A DNA stretch of 58,249 nt, counting the filler, from Platydemus manokwari (taxonomy: Eukaryota), in assembly GCA_037951405.1 (NCBI GenBank). It is 5 parts of 5 records of this genome, joined end to end, with 100 filler letters (N's around TTAATTAATTAA, not from the genome) between each part and the next. Parts side by side here need not be neighbours in the genome. Positions count along the whole stretch, not along the records: positions 9,979 to 21,558 come from JBBMOY010584439.1; positions 21,659 to 31,634 come from JBBMOY011182545.1; 3 more parts are not named here. One strand, 5' to 3'. Below are positions 10,180-22,800 of this stretch, piece by piece; the first letter of the stretch is position 1; each line of letters begins with the position of its first letter. A program made the translations under genes and the position numbers. Under the pieces are notes generated by a model, which had not been told where the DNA came from, ran no database searches, and saw only the letters and a list, made by a program, of their open reading frames with translations.

Positions 10180-13100
10180 ATTTATCTGTTTTAACATAAA
10201 ATTCATCACGACGTGGTGGCACATGTCCTCAAATCAATTTACAGTATGTATATTTTCGCTTCTTCCGATGAGTATTCTTGCCGACATTCTTTAGATTAGA
10301 ATTGCTCGTTTTCCATGTCAATAGTTAAACTATCAAATTGTGGTCGTTGCAGATATTTGGTTGTATGGTCTTGACCAAGATGGTGGATTTAGTTGTATGT
10401 CACGAAGGCATCTTTCAGTGGAGTGGTGATGAGAAACCCGGCAATGAAGGTAATCTGTGGCTTGATTAGACCGATGTTGGCAAGCACCTTTTTGTTTTTC
10501 GGGTCCCAATATCCAAGTACTTCAATACAGAGTACATCAAGTGATGTTTCATATCTGGTTTTAGTTTTGATTTCAGCAGCTATTGTCCGATATTTTTCAA
10601 AGTTCAGAAACCGATGTTTTTCAAAGTTGTCCGAAATATCAAACGGGATCTTCAGGTCGATGATGTAGGCATGTCTCTTGGCTTTGTTCCTGATGATCAG
10701 ATCCGGTCGCAATCTTGTATTTAGTTCCGGTGGGCTTGTATCAATATCGGTATCCAGTACGAGTGATTGTGAGTAGTTGCCTAGGTGGTCCAAGATGTTT
10801 GAATGTCTTTTTGATGCCAGACCAGAGACCACTGGACAGTGAATGAATATGTCGGTATCAGTTTCCGGTTCTGTTTGGCATCGTCGGCACAAAGTTGATT
10901 TCCCTTTCTTCATGAAATATGGTGTGTAATTCAGTAATAGTAGATTGTTTCTGGCCTGATATGTGAAAACCCAGACTTCTGGTGACAAGTAGAAGTTTTT
11001 CAGAGGCTTTTGCTAGTGATGACTGAAGCAGTGAACCAGTCTTCCTTGTTTTTTCATGGTATCCCACTTGTCATAGGAATGCATTGATACCGAGTCCTGA
11101 GAATGTCTGAGAGTTTACCACGATTGTCGAAGTTGAAATGGTAAGTCTTGTTGCTGTCCACCGTGAGTTTCAGGAAAATTTCAGTGTGGTGGCTGTAGAG
11201 TTTCACTTCGATTTGGCTCTTCCTAAGTTTTATGACTGCAAAGCGAGTTTTGGTCCACCATATAGCTGCTGAGGATGGTTTTTCAGTCTGTAATTTGTCA
11301 GGCATCCAGAGAAGTGCCTTCGCGAGATCATTTGATTCAGTCAATCGGTGCTTCACAATGTTGATTATGTGATTTGACATGAATGTTCTAACTTCTTGGT
11401 CCGGGCTTGTGAGATAGAGGAAGGCACCGACAATGCTCTGTATGCAATATTCCATGAGGGATGTAGTGAGTCCGATCCCGCCAAGTTTGGTAGGTGCATA
11501 GAAAAAGTTGTTGTTGCTTGAGTTTGATCTGTCCATTTTTAGTATTTTGCGAGATATTCGACGTATATTTTTGTTTAAGATCAGTTTACTTGAATCCAGT
11601 TTGGTAGTTTCTACTTGTAAAATTCGGAGGTGAAAAGGCAATCTCGAGTGCAGAAAAATATTTTAAGCTTGGAATTTTTGTGAAAGATGCAGTCTGGAGT
11701 CTGCAATCGCTTCAAAGTCTGTGATGATTGATTCTTAGATGTGGTCGATCGGTGATAGCTTGGATAGACCGAAAGGCACTCCGACATATTTGTAGAGATT
11801 GTCACTATCCACGATTGGCACTGATTCTTCGAATATTGTCGGGTCGATTCGGTTCTTAATATTTTTGCAGAAGTAGCCACTTTTTGAGGTGTTGATTGTG
11901 AGTAGAATATCCGTTGCTTGATGAATAAGTTGATTCAGCCGATTTTCCAAGTTCTCTCCAGAATTTGCTATGATAACGATATCTTCAGCGTAGGCCAGTG
12001 TTATGAGTTGAGTGAGGAGCGCAGGAGGAAATTAATTGACAGACAGAAGAGCGTCATTGACAAGGGGCATCCTTGTTTTACTCCGCGGAAGATTGGAATC
12101 GGTGGTGTCTTGAGCATTCCACAAGTATAAGTTGATTTGTAGTCTTGGAATATGGCCTCGATCATCTCAGTATAATGGGTATTGCAACCCATTTTGTTAA
12201 GCGTTTACTAGATGACCTCTTGTGATAGGCTTGGGAAGGCTTCTTTAAGGTCGATCTTTCAGAGATGTAGGTCCTTGTTGTGGTGGGCCAGGTATTATTG
12301 CAGTGAGAATAGATAAGCATTGTGCTCTGCGCATCCGTTTGATGCAAACATTGCTTTTGATATGGTGACAGTAAGTTTACAACATCTATCCATTTCAGTA
12401 GCCTTAGGTTTAGTATTGTTGTGAAGATCCGGTAAGACGAGTTTGTGAGAGCAATGGGGCACCAGGATGTGGTTATGTGGGGTGTTGATTGTTTTCCAGG
12501 TTTCAGGAGGTTTGTGTTGAATTCTTTCCATTGATCCGGTATTGTTTTGTTCTTGAGGATTCTATTGAACATTGATTGGAGAAAGATGTGCTGGGGATCG
12601 ATTAATCCCCAATCTTTGTAAGTGATACCATCGTTTCCAGATGCCGAATTTGTCAGTTTTTTGAAGGTATTCTCAATCTCAGTGAGAGTGATAATCTTTA
12701 GATTTGAGTTGTCTTCGTGTCTAGGCAGAATTAGTTTGAATTTTTCTGAGATTTGCGGCGGAGCTGGTTTTGAATAATGATTGATAATTTCTTGTAAGGA
12801 TGGACTTGACATTGGGTTTGTTGATGGCATTATGCTTTGAAGTGTCTTTTTTGGCTTCTTGAGGATTTGATTGTGAAGTTTATAGTCTAAAGTTGATTGG
12901 TCTGAAAAGTGGAGGACTGATGGTTTGACCATTTTCGTTGCAGCGAAACGGGTTTCATCTGTTGTTGCTATTGTCGTACGCGCTGATGTTAACATTTGTG
13001 TAAGGCCTGCTGCTCCAGTCTCGTTTATTTTAATTGTTTCGATCATAATTGGGTTCATCGTGGGACTGTTTTCATTGTTGGATTGAATCGACAGTTTCCG

Positions 13101-13800
13101 GAATAGAATTGTAGCAGATATGATCTTGTTGATGTCATTTTGAAGCTGAGGTTGGACTGGGATGTGGAATACCGAACTTTTTGTTTGCATAGCCCAGTAT
13201 GTGTTGTATCACGAAGAGTTTAGTTGAAGTAGTAGTTCATCTAAAGTTGATTGTTTCAGATTGATCTGTTCTTTGATTGAAATTAGATTTTGTAGGACTG
13301 AGTCCAGTTTGTTTCATAGAGACTTTTAAGCTGGAGAGAGGTGCCTCGTTGCTGGATCTATGAAGTAGGAGCATTCTTTGTCGCGATCGACTATGTACAC
13401 GTTCCAATTGCAGTTGTTCCAGCAGATTAATCAGAGTGCGCTTTTCCATGTTGACAGCTTCTGGAACGGGAATAAATTGTAGAATGACTGGTAGTCATTA
13501 TTTTGTATTGCGATGGCTGGTTGTGGTTTGATGAAGATATTGCTGTTGTTGTCTGAGACTTTGTTGATCAGATAGGCTTCGATAGCGGCACTTGATAGTC
13601 ATTCCGAAGTTAGATCCTCAGTTGTGAGGAGTAAGGCATCAATATTAGTGTTGTCTTTTGAGCTGGTTGTTTGTGGCTTGTGACTCTCAAAGTGGTATTT
13701 GAATCCATTAACTGGTCCAATGTATCCACAGTAGCATTGGACAGCAAATTCTGATTGGAGGTTGATGTTGTGAGTTTCCCTTTGAAGTTATTCTGATGCA
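10180..13800 (-). mobile_element. Decayed NeSL/R2-group non-LTR retrotransposon (Ulp1-like protease, RT, CCHC, restriction-like endonuclease)
   Basis: RT motifs SASGNDGI, WCPIALTNSSYRIF, RGVKQGCPLSMTLF, LAYAED (YADD decayed), YKYVG, GGIGL. C-terminal CRRC...ETDTDIFIHC, RHSNI, RPDLII, IIDLKIPF, KY (RLE). Upstream Ulp1/C48-like motifs *LSSAAIEAYL and NNCNWNVYIVD...YFIDP (~13350-13605). Many frameshifts; ends approximate. Confidence 0.92.
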
Positions 13801-14129
13801 TTATTAAATTAATTGAGATAGTAAAATCAATAACATCGATAAAACAACAACATGAATATTGATAAGTTTTAAATTGAATAAATCGATTTTTATGCCGCTC
13901 CACTAATCTTCATATAAATTGAGAAAGTCGAGGTGATGCACTATCAAAATACATAGGCCATATAACTACTTGAGGTTCAAGACAGACTCTGAGAACTGAT
14001 TAAGTCGTAGAGCTAGATCAAAATCAAATAAGAATTTGTAAAGAAATGAAAGTAGTAACCCCAAACAGTTTCATACATATTTCAAATCAAGAATTTAGGA
14101 TGACATTGAAAATATTATTTTTAGTATGT

Positions 14130-15530
14130 CTTGTATGGAATCTGCATTAAAATTTACCAGTTTTCTGAATCTGTCAATAAAAGCCATTAAATACTTTTTA
14201 TTTGATTGAACCTTATTCACATGAGTAATATTTATTACCGTTTGTTCCATAAATTCAGAGCTTCTTCAAACTATTAATATCTCTTTTATTCGACATTTTC
14301 CCCGTTTCTTTTTACACAAAATAAACGGGATTAGATGACGCATTCAATGGTTGTAAACTGATCTGACTAATGAAAACCATTTCCCAAGCACTCTAAAGTT
14401 CTCTGTCTTCCAAGATAACATCATTCCTAATGTATGTGTTTTACCAACTCTGCTATGTAGTTTCCTGGAATAATAGTAGCGTTACTAAAAGCATTATTCC
14501 ATTATAATAATTTGATTCTTTTTAAACTTTTCGTAGAAAATTATTTTTACCAAATTCTGGACTATCCGATTATTGTTAATCCATAATATTTATTATTTAC
14601 TTTATCTCGACTTCTTTTTCTGTTCTTTCATGATGCTTTGGATAAAATTTGGTTTTACTTGAATTTGTGCCCGATATCAAGTCCTCACATTGATTTTCTC
14701 ATACTTAGTTTCTTACTATAAACACTGTACTTCACTAGTCCTTACTATATCATCCACGTCTTTGTTTGTCTCTCCTTCTTTTTACTATAGTTTAAAACAG
14801 TACTTATATAGATTAGCTATTCAAGTCTGAAATTGATGACTAATGTGCATCTTTGTTGTATTTAAGGAAATCAATGCCAAATGATACATGCTGTGATGAA
14901 CAACAAACTCCCAAAGATCCAGAAATTCCTTTCTTGTTACACAAAAAAATTGTCGCAACTTGTCAGAAGATAGAACCCACACACTGTTACAAATTCACTG
15001 AATACGAAATTAATCGCACAAAAATTATTATCTAAATCAATCACAATCAAAATTTAGGGTTTAATATAGTTCTCTCTTCAATCAAATAAAGTCTCTTTGT
15101 ATGTTACAGTCTAATTAATGTCTTAGATTCTGCCAAATGAAGGCGTTACTATATCCCCCATGAAAATTGGCTACTTTCCACCATTATTCTTCGCTCATCA
15201 GTGTAATCGAAGTGTCTCAGCATTTCTATTTATTCATCATTCACACTCCTTAAACTATATTCTCACTCCTCTGCTTATTGGAATTTATTTTTCTGTAATT
15301 TGTTTCTGATTGGAATTTTTAGTTTCTTGGTCATTTGTCTAATATATACTTCCTCAATGTTGATATGTAGTTTAAATTTAATTGGTATTTGATTTTGACT
15401 TATTAAGAATTTCATTTCCAAAACCATATTCCATGTTTAATTCCTTCAAATAATTTCGTCTATTATTCTTGAAACAACGATAAACTATATATTACCTTGA
15501 CCATTTAATTTTCGTATGGCTTAAGCCCAC
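14130..15530 (-). mobile_element. Heavily decayed Gypsy-like pol/gag fragments
   Basis: Minus-strand remnants NKKYLMAFIDRFRK (integrase-like, ~14160-14200) and SNPVYFV*KETG (RT-start-like, ~14300-14340). Purine-rich coding-like composition elsewhere. Confidence 0.5.
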
Positions 15531-15792
15531 TAAAATAAAGTTTAAAAAGAAAAAGAAAAAGATAAAAGAATAGTTATTTAAATGAAGATAACTGGTAAAT
15601 TAGTCGAGGTTTGATGAGAGTTAATTTAATGTTTGAAATCGATCGTGGGAGTTGGATAATAAAGTAAATTTAATTTAATGCGATTTGTTTACATGAGATT
15701 TTGATTATGTTGGTAAGAGTTGATTGGTTTGGGTAGGTTTTCTATTTGAGTTACTGTATTCCTCAACAAAATGGTTATTAACCCTCTTATTT

Positions 15793-15843
<51 letters not shown>

Positions 15844-15867
15844 CGTGTGTGCGTGTGCGTGCGTGTG
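15793..15867. repeat. Compound palindromic microsatellite (CA)n(TA)n(TG)n
   Basis: Directly visible; the two halves are reverse-complementary. Confidence 0.9.
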
Positions 15868-15895
15868 AATGGCCTATATAAGAGATCAATTAGAT

Positions 15896-16249
15896 CAGTG
15901 GTTCTCAACCCCGGTGTCGTTAAGCATTTTTAAAGGAGTCACTGAATTATGGTAGGTGTACAAACCATTACTTGTGAAAAATCGTGTTTTCTGATGCTGT
16001 TAAATAAATAGTTTGTGATACTGATTAAACTACTTCTGTTCACAATTACCTTGACTACTACAGTTAAGTATTTTATAGGTAATGCTATTATCTGATAATC
16101 TTATTATAGGTAATTCATTACTTGTTATAAATTAGTTTTATTAAATATGGTGAATTATGACTTATTTTAGTAATATTGATTTTCTTTGGGGTCGCAAGAT
16201 CTTAAAAATGGGGAAATGGGTCGCCATAGAAAAAGGTTGAGAACAGCTG
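15896..16249 (+). mobile_element. Non-autonomous Buster/Charlie-type hAT MITE (354 bp)
   Basis: TIRs CAGTGGTTCTCAACC / GGTTGAGAACAGCTG. 8-bp TSD AATTAGAT / CATTAGAT with central TA. 5' half homologous to 57368-57565. Confidence 0.9.
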
Positions 16250-17603
16250 CATTAGATTATATAGCGGGTGACTAAATTCAGTTGTGCATGAACATAGAAC
16301 ATCAATATTGATAAATTTTCCGTGAAAAAATTATGAATAAGTTCGCTTAAACAATCACTGATTACATACGATTGACCTGAGAAAAGTAAATTACAATAGC
16401 CATAAAGATCATAGGGTGGAAATTAATGATAAAAATAAATTAATAACACGTATAAAATATTTTTTTGTCTATTATGGTTTCATTAAAGATATTTCAAGTT
16501 GTAAAACGAACGGAATTTCACGGTATTTTTTCGGAAAATTGATCACTTGTTATCACAATTATTTACTATGTATATTATTAATTTTCGTTATAATCTAACA
16601 AAAGTTCAACTATTTCTTACTCTAATATTGATTTTATAATTTTTTTATTAATTATAATTCATTTCTAGTTTTTTATAGTACTTACAATAAACAGTAGTAT
16701 AATTATATAGATTATTTATGAAATGATAATTTTGACATTAAAATTACAAAACTAAAATGCAACTTTTCAAAGAGAAATGGTTTAGATTAAAATTCTTATT
16801 TAATTTATTTATGAATTTGTATCAAATATTTCCATCGCGATAAAAAGTAACATGAAAGAAAATGATTTAAAAAATAAAGCTAACTTGAATATAATAATAA
16901 TATTTATATGTAATCAAAAATAATAACGAATATAAATACATATGTATATATAATATTAATATATATTAATTAACTATTTAAATATTACTAAAAATTTAAA
17001 ATATTTACTGATAATAAGCAAAATCGTACCATTTTGAGTAAGAAGTAAAGCCAAATTGTTACGAATTTTTCTATGAACATATTAAACGTTAAATCAATAA
17101 ATTATTTAATACAGAGGTTAATAATTCGTGTATGCCAGTAAGTAAATAAAATCCATAAGGAATCATAAATTCATTTAATTTTAGTTCTAAAATTTTAATT
17201 TAAATTATAATTAAGAATTGAATTTGAGCTTTTCGTTAAAAAAAAAGCATTACACAATGTTAATCTATAATACACTTGAAAGAATTACTCATTTCTGAGT
17301 ATGCTGGTTAATTTTCTGAAATAATAAAGTGAATAACTATAGTGACCAATAAAATATCTACAGCAACATATAATCAACAGGTAATGTCAGTAACATATGG
17401 TTGTAAACGGAATATCAGAGCTCATGTTAATAAAGAGTAATGTTTTATTTCAAGTGGTCAATACCCGCATTAATGGAACAGACTGTCAAAATTATTTCAT
17501 TCACCAACTAGACGAAATAAACGTATTTCCACGTTTCTGGGAATTTATTAGAATTTCTTTGATATTTAAGCATTAGAATATATCTATCTTTCACAAATTG
17601 ATT

Positions 17604-18514
17604 ATGGGTTTCAAAGCATTTTTCATATCTATACTCATTCTATCAACGTTTTTCCTAACGTTAACATCGACCGCAGATGATGATCATCATGAATCAGAAG
17701 AACATCACGAATCAGACGATCATCATTCGGACGATGGTTCGAAATCCCATGAGCATTATGATAAATCCGGTCATCACGATGACGATTTCGATCACGATGC
17801 CGTCACAGGATCACATCACGATTCCGAGGAATTCAAGGATTTGGAACCCGAAGAAGCAAAAAGAAGATTAGGTTTACTCTATGACAAAATCGATACGAAT
17901 TCAGATTCGAAACTCAGTCAAACCGAATTGTTCCTTTGGATTTTGAAGTCTCTGAAGTTGGTATATTTATTTTTTATATTTGAATGAACTTAATTATTTC
18001 TCCCATAATTTTTATAAATAAATTACTGTGACCATCAAAAAATGCCACCCACCCATAGATTTACTGCGATCCGTTGCAAGAAATAAAATCTGTTTATGCA
18101 ATACAATCAATTAAATACTTCAAGGACAAAATATTTCAATAAATAATGAGAAAATGAATTTATATCTATTATCACTGAGGTAACGCTTTGACAGGCGATA
18201 GGAAGCATAGTGATTGTCAGCTGTCAAGATTTTTTAAAGAATTTCTGTTCAAACCTAATTAGGATAAAATCTTTATCAATCGATGTCTGATAATATTATT
18301 AGTAATATTCATGATTGGTTTGATGAAAACAGCATTAATAATGATGATATTTCTCATAATATTCACGATGATAATATTCATAATAATAATGATTAATATA
18401 ATAATTATATTGTTTACAAAAATATCATTTATTTTATTAGTAAATGGAGTACAAATTATAATAATATGAATGTGAGTGATAATAATTATAAAAGTATTAT
18501 TACTGCAAAAAGTG

Positions 18515-18589
<75 letters not shown>

Positions 18590-19812
18590 AAATGATCATG
18601 TACTGATACCAAACAGTGGTACATTCAAAACAATCTCCACATTTCTATGTCCTACTTCAAAACATTTTAGATAATCAGGGATTGTTAATGAAATATTATT
18701 TGGTCTTCGCCACTGATAGCAGAGCTCAAAATTAGTTAAGATATACCGTGTGCATATAAAATTTGAAAATCTTATCCACCAAGGAGATAAGTTATTGAGT
18801 GAATTGTATAGCAAACGAATTTTATCATCAAATCCAGGTCACATTTTATTCCAATAATCAGGTTTAACAACAGCTCATTACTCACACAGAATTTTTCCGA
18901 TTATAAAATTAGAATATGTTGGTTTAATTTATTTGTTTATAAAATACTTCAAAAAAATTCCAATTATCTTCAAGTTTTTTAACTATATTTTATTGATTAT
19001 ATTTGAAGTGGATTGCTTTTCATGCCAAATTATTGATTTCATAAAAATAAATTCCCGTGTTCACTGTAATGAATACCAGTAATTCACTAGCACGATCGTC
19101 AGTTATTTTCAGAAAGAAACAAAATACTTTAATCAATTATTTATTTTTATTAAAAATAAATAAATAAATAATGAAACCATTGATCATATCACTGACGATA
19201 TACTTTCCCCGATATCCAATATCTATCGAATTCAAAAATTACTGACACAGAGAAAAAGAATCAATTTTATTTTATTCTCCTAATCATAATCTCTCAAATC
19301 TCAAACACTCATCAATGATTTTGCATTCAGCAGAAATCGTTTTCAGATGAATTTACCACAAATATAATACTGAAATTATTTCTGTTTTTATGAAACCCTC
19401 TAGCGTTTTCAAATCATTTAATGAAGCCGCACCGTTTTTTTTCTCGTTCACTCTATCATCCGCTTGTTTCATTTTAATTATCTAATGGATTGTCAGAAAA
19501 GTAAATCCATCAGCGTATTTTCTTTCCGTTCTTCAATGAATCGCTAATTATTATGAATTAAATATTAATTCTCAAAAAATTTAAACTGCATTGACAAATG
19601 GGATTGATTTATATTGAATACAAAACGGTTTTTTTTCATCGTTTAGAAATCTTGATACTGAAGATTCGAATAATAAAATGCACGATTTCGATGAGAACAG
19701 CGATAAAAAAGTTTCCTGGGATGAATATTTGACGAAAACCTATGGACACAATGAAAAAGAGATTGCAGAAATGCAAAAAACCAAGAACGACGATATGAAA
19801 ACGTTTTTGGAA
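17604..19812 (+). CDS. CREC-family EF-hand ER calcium-binding protein (reticulocalbin-2/calumenin-like), first two exons only: 17604-17956 and 19647-19812
   Basis: Signal peptide; FDHDAVTG...EEFKDLEPEEAKRRL CREC motif; EF-hands DTNSDSKLSQTE and DENSDKKVSWDEY. The phase-2 GTTGGT...TTTAG intron joins in frame. Later exons not found before the linker at 21559. Confidence 0.9.
18515..18588. repeat. Palindromic trinucleotide microsatellite (AAT)n(ATT)n in intron 1 of the reticulocalbin gene
   Basis: Directly visible strand switch at ~18546. Confidence 0.9.
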
Positions 19813-22800
19813 GTTAGATTATGATTTTTTTTAATGATTCTATTATTTTTTAAACTAATAATTATCTTACTATATATATACACACATGCACACATAATTG
19901 CCGACCTTTAGCGAGCACTATAAGCTAGCCCCAAAAGCTTTAACAAAAAAATAACGATTACTGAAATATTTGCAACATATTCACTTAAATTGTGACTGAA
20001 ATTTGAAATTCGAGTTTATAAACAAATAAATTTCTCTGATCTCAACGAGAAAAATTTCAACACTAACAGTACGACTAGAATTTCGGATGTGAGAGAATAA
20101 CGTTGATTTATATTTAATTGATAAATATTTTTAAAAATCTCAATAACAAATGTTTTTTTTTCAAAGTTTTAAATATATAACGAGTTTTTTAAAATTTTAA
20201 AAATTCTATGTTGTTTTTCTTATCAATAAATTAAGAATTATATTTTTCGAAATATTACGGTAAAATCAAAAGGTTGATAGCAAGACTATTTATAATATGA
20301 TTTTTTGAGACATTGTTTTAGGGCACAGTCAGACTTAAAATGTATTCACATCACGTTTTCTTGCTTGCAACCAAATGGAAGTTAAGAATAAGCATTACAA
20401 GACTGCTCGAACTTCGAAATTAGTTTTCAAAAATGCATTTGATATAAACATAATTTTTTAAATATCCAAATTTATTCACATTTATAATAAACTCAGATAT
20501 ATTATTTAAACAACCTTTTAGTTTAGTTAATTAATTAAAATTTAAAATTTGATATTAAATTATTAGAATTAAATGTATTAAAATTTTTATTCCAACCGTA
20601 GTGAAAAATAAATAAACTAAATGATTTAAATAGAAAAAAATATTAATATTGGATAAAAATTTATAATTATCAGCGCTGGGAAATTTTTCGAAATGATGAA
20701 AAACGTACAATAGTATGGTTTCCGTATTTTCCTTTAATTTCGCGTTTTTGGAATTGACCTTAATTAGTAAATTTGGCAATTACCAACAGCTCTACTAACA
20801 GCAAAGAAATTTGATTAATTATAGCATTCTATATTGGCAGAACGTAATGGTTTACAACAGATATTGAATTGGTTTGTTGTCAAGTGAATGGCTTTTTTCC
20901 TGGTGATCTTGTTGCCATTGTTTGGCTTGTCACTTCAAAGATTGGTTATTTCGACAACTCATTCAATTCAATGTCAAACGACAACATAAAAAACAATTCA
21001 CAAATAATAAATTATCAAAATATTTTTATGATCCAAGTCCATGACGGCATTTCCGTTAGTGCGTTTGAAAATTTGATTTGAATTTTTTAAAATATTTTTC
21101 CAATAATTTTTCTAAGCTAATTATTATTTTTTTTTTGAATTTTGTATAATAGAAATCAAATCATTATTTATTTTTCTTTATCGAATCTTCTGCTGTTCAT
21201 ACTTTACTTTTGAGATGTCAATAATATACTTCTTAGAATATTTTTTGTGGATTGATTTTGATGGTCATTTGTTTTATATTATAAAATTACACCAATGATT
21301 TTTATTTTGTAATTTTATAGTGTATTTTTTTTAGTGATTTCAAATACAAATTTGATTTCAAAAGTATTGAAAAATTATATTTTCAATGAAGCATTTGAAA
21401 AGTTTCTTGTTTTGGGTTAAATTTAAATTCTGTGATCAGGGTCAAGGGTCAAAGAAAGATATAAAATAAATTCATATTAAATGAATTAAGACAATTCCAG
21501 CTATTTTATCTGTCATATATTATATAGAGCTTTGATATTAAGCTCTTCATTAGATTCTNNNNNNNNNNNNNNNNNNNNNNNNNNNNNNNNNNNNNNNNNN
21601 NNTTAATTAATTAANNNNNNNNNNNNNNNNNNNNNNNNNNNNNNNNNNNNNNNNNNNNATGATTTGCTACAGCACACACACAAGTGTTTACATCTGGTGT
21701 CAAATTCCGGTTATTAAGTTATAGACCCAATAGTTAAATCCATTAAAATCCATTTGTAGTAGCAAGTTTCAGTTATTTATTAAATGGGAATCACAAATCA
21801 TTGTTTATTATCATTGGTATTGGCATAGTTAGTAATTCAAATAGGCTATATAAGTTGAGACACAGTTAAATTATATCACTATTGCCACACACCTATTGTC
21901 TTCACACAATAAGGTTGTGCAAGGTGAAGGAACAACAACATAAAGTAGATTACAACTGTGGGCTTAATCAAGAGCTCATAGAGACTGATTAAGACAATAG
22001 TGATATAAAATAAAATTAAGCTTAATAAAACAAGAAAATTAAAAAGGTTCGAACGTAACGAACCTATTGGAAAAATATATTTAGGAGTAATATAAATGAT
22101 ATTTTTACTATAGTAGAAATTATGAATATTTTGAGTTAGCAAAATTCAATTTATTTTCGTTTAATAAATGCCTCCCGTGTGAATGTTCTCACCAAAGAAA
22201 AAGATTCTATTGTTTCCAGTGACGACTGCCCCATCATGTTATAGGTTAAAATCATTGAGCGTTTTATTTCTTTATATCAAAACTGATGTTTTTATTCTGG
22301 ATTCAATAATCATAATTACTTAATATTTTGATAATTATGGGTCGTTTTGGGTTAAGGATAACTTCAAATCTAAATTTATGAAATGATTGTTTATTTTGAT
22401 TGTTTATCTCCACGGATTTTCAATTAATACAGTTGGGAATATAATTTTAGTTATACGTCGATTATTGTATGTTTTTATTTTTTACATTTACTTTCTAGTA
22501 TTTTTTTTCTAATTACTGTTAAATTCCACCTAAAGAAACTTAAGTTATAAGAATTACTAAAACATTGAACGTGCTTTACAAAATATTAAATTAAAACTAT
22601 AAATCCACGGAGCTATTTCAATTGAAAAACATTATATTATTTATCTCAAATTTATTGTTTATCTATTCAATACGGACTTTCAAGTTCAAAAATGTATTCT
22701 ATTTTTTTTTATTTAGTCAGCACTGATGGAATCTGAAAGTCTTAGTTTAAATTATCACATTTATTTTTAATTTTAACTAACTACTTTAATATTCGTGTTA

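Noticed and set aside
17340-17540. ER-stress element upstream of reticulocalbin (CCAAT and CCACG both present)
   Set aside because: Spacing does not fit ERSE (CCAAT-N9-CCACG), ERSE-II or UPRE.
18259-18624. Poly-Ile ORF (also 27249-27552 and 15705-15933)
   Set aside because: Translations of microsatellites or N gaps.
18820-18880. In-frame TGA suggesting recoding or an alternative genetic code
   Set aside because: Intact genes use the standard code with no in-frame stops; stops of all three types occur only in decayed sequence.
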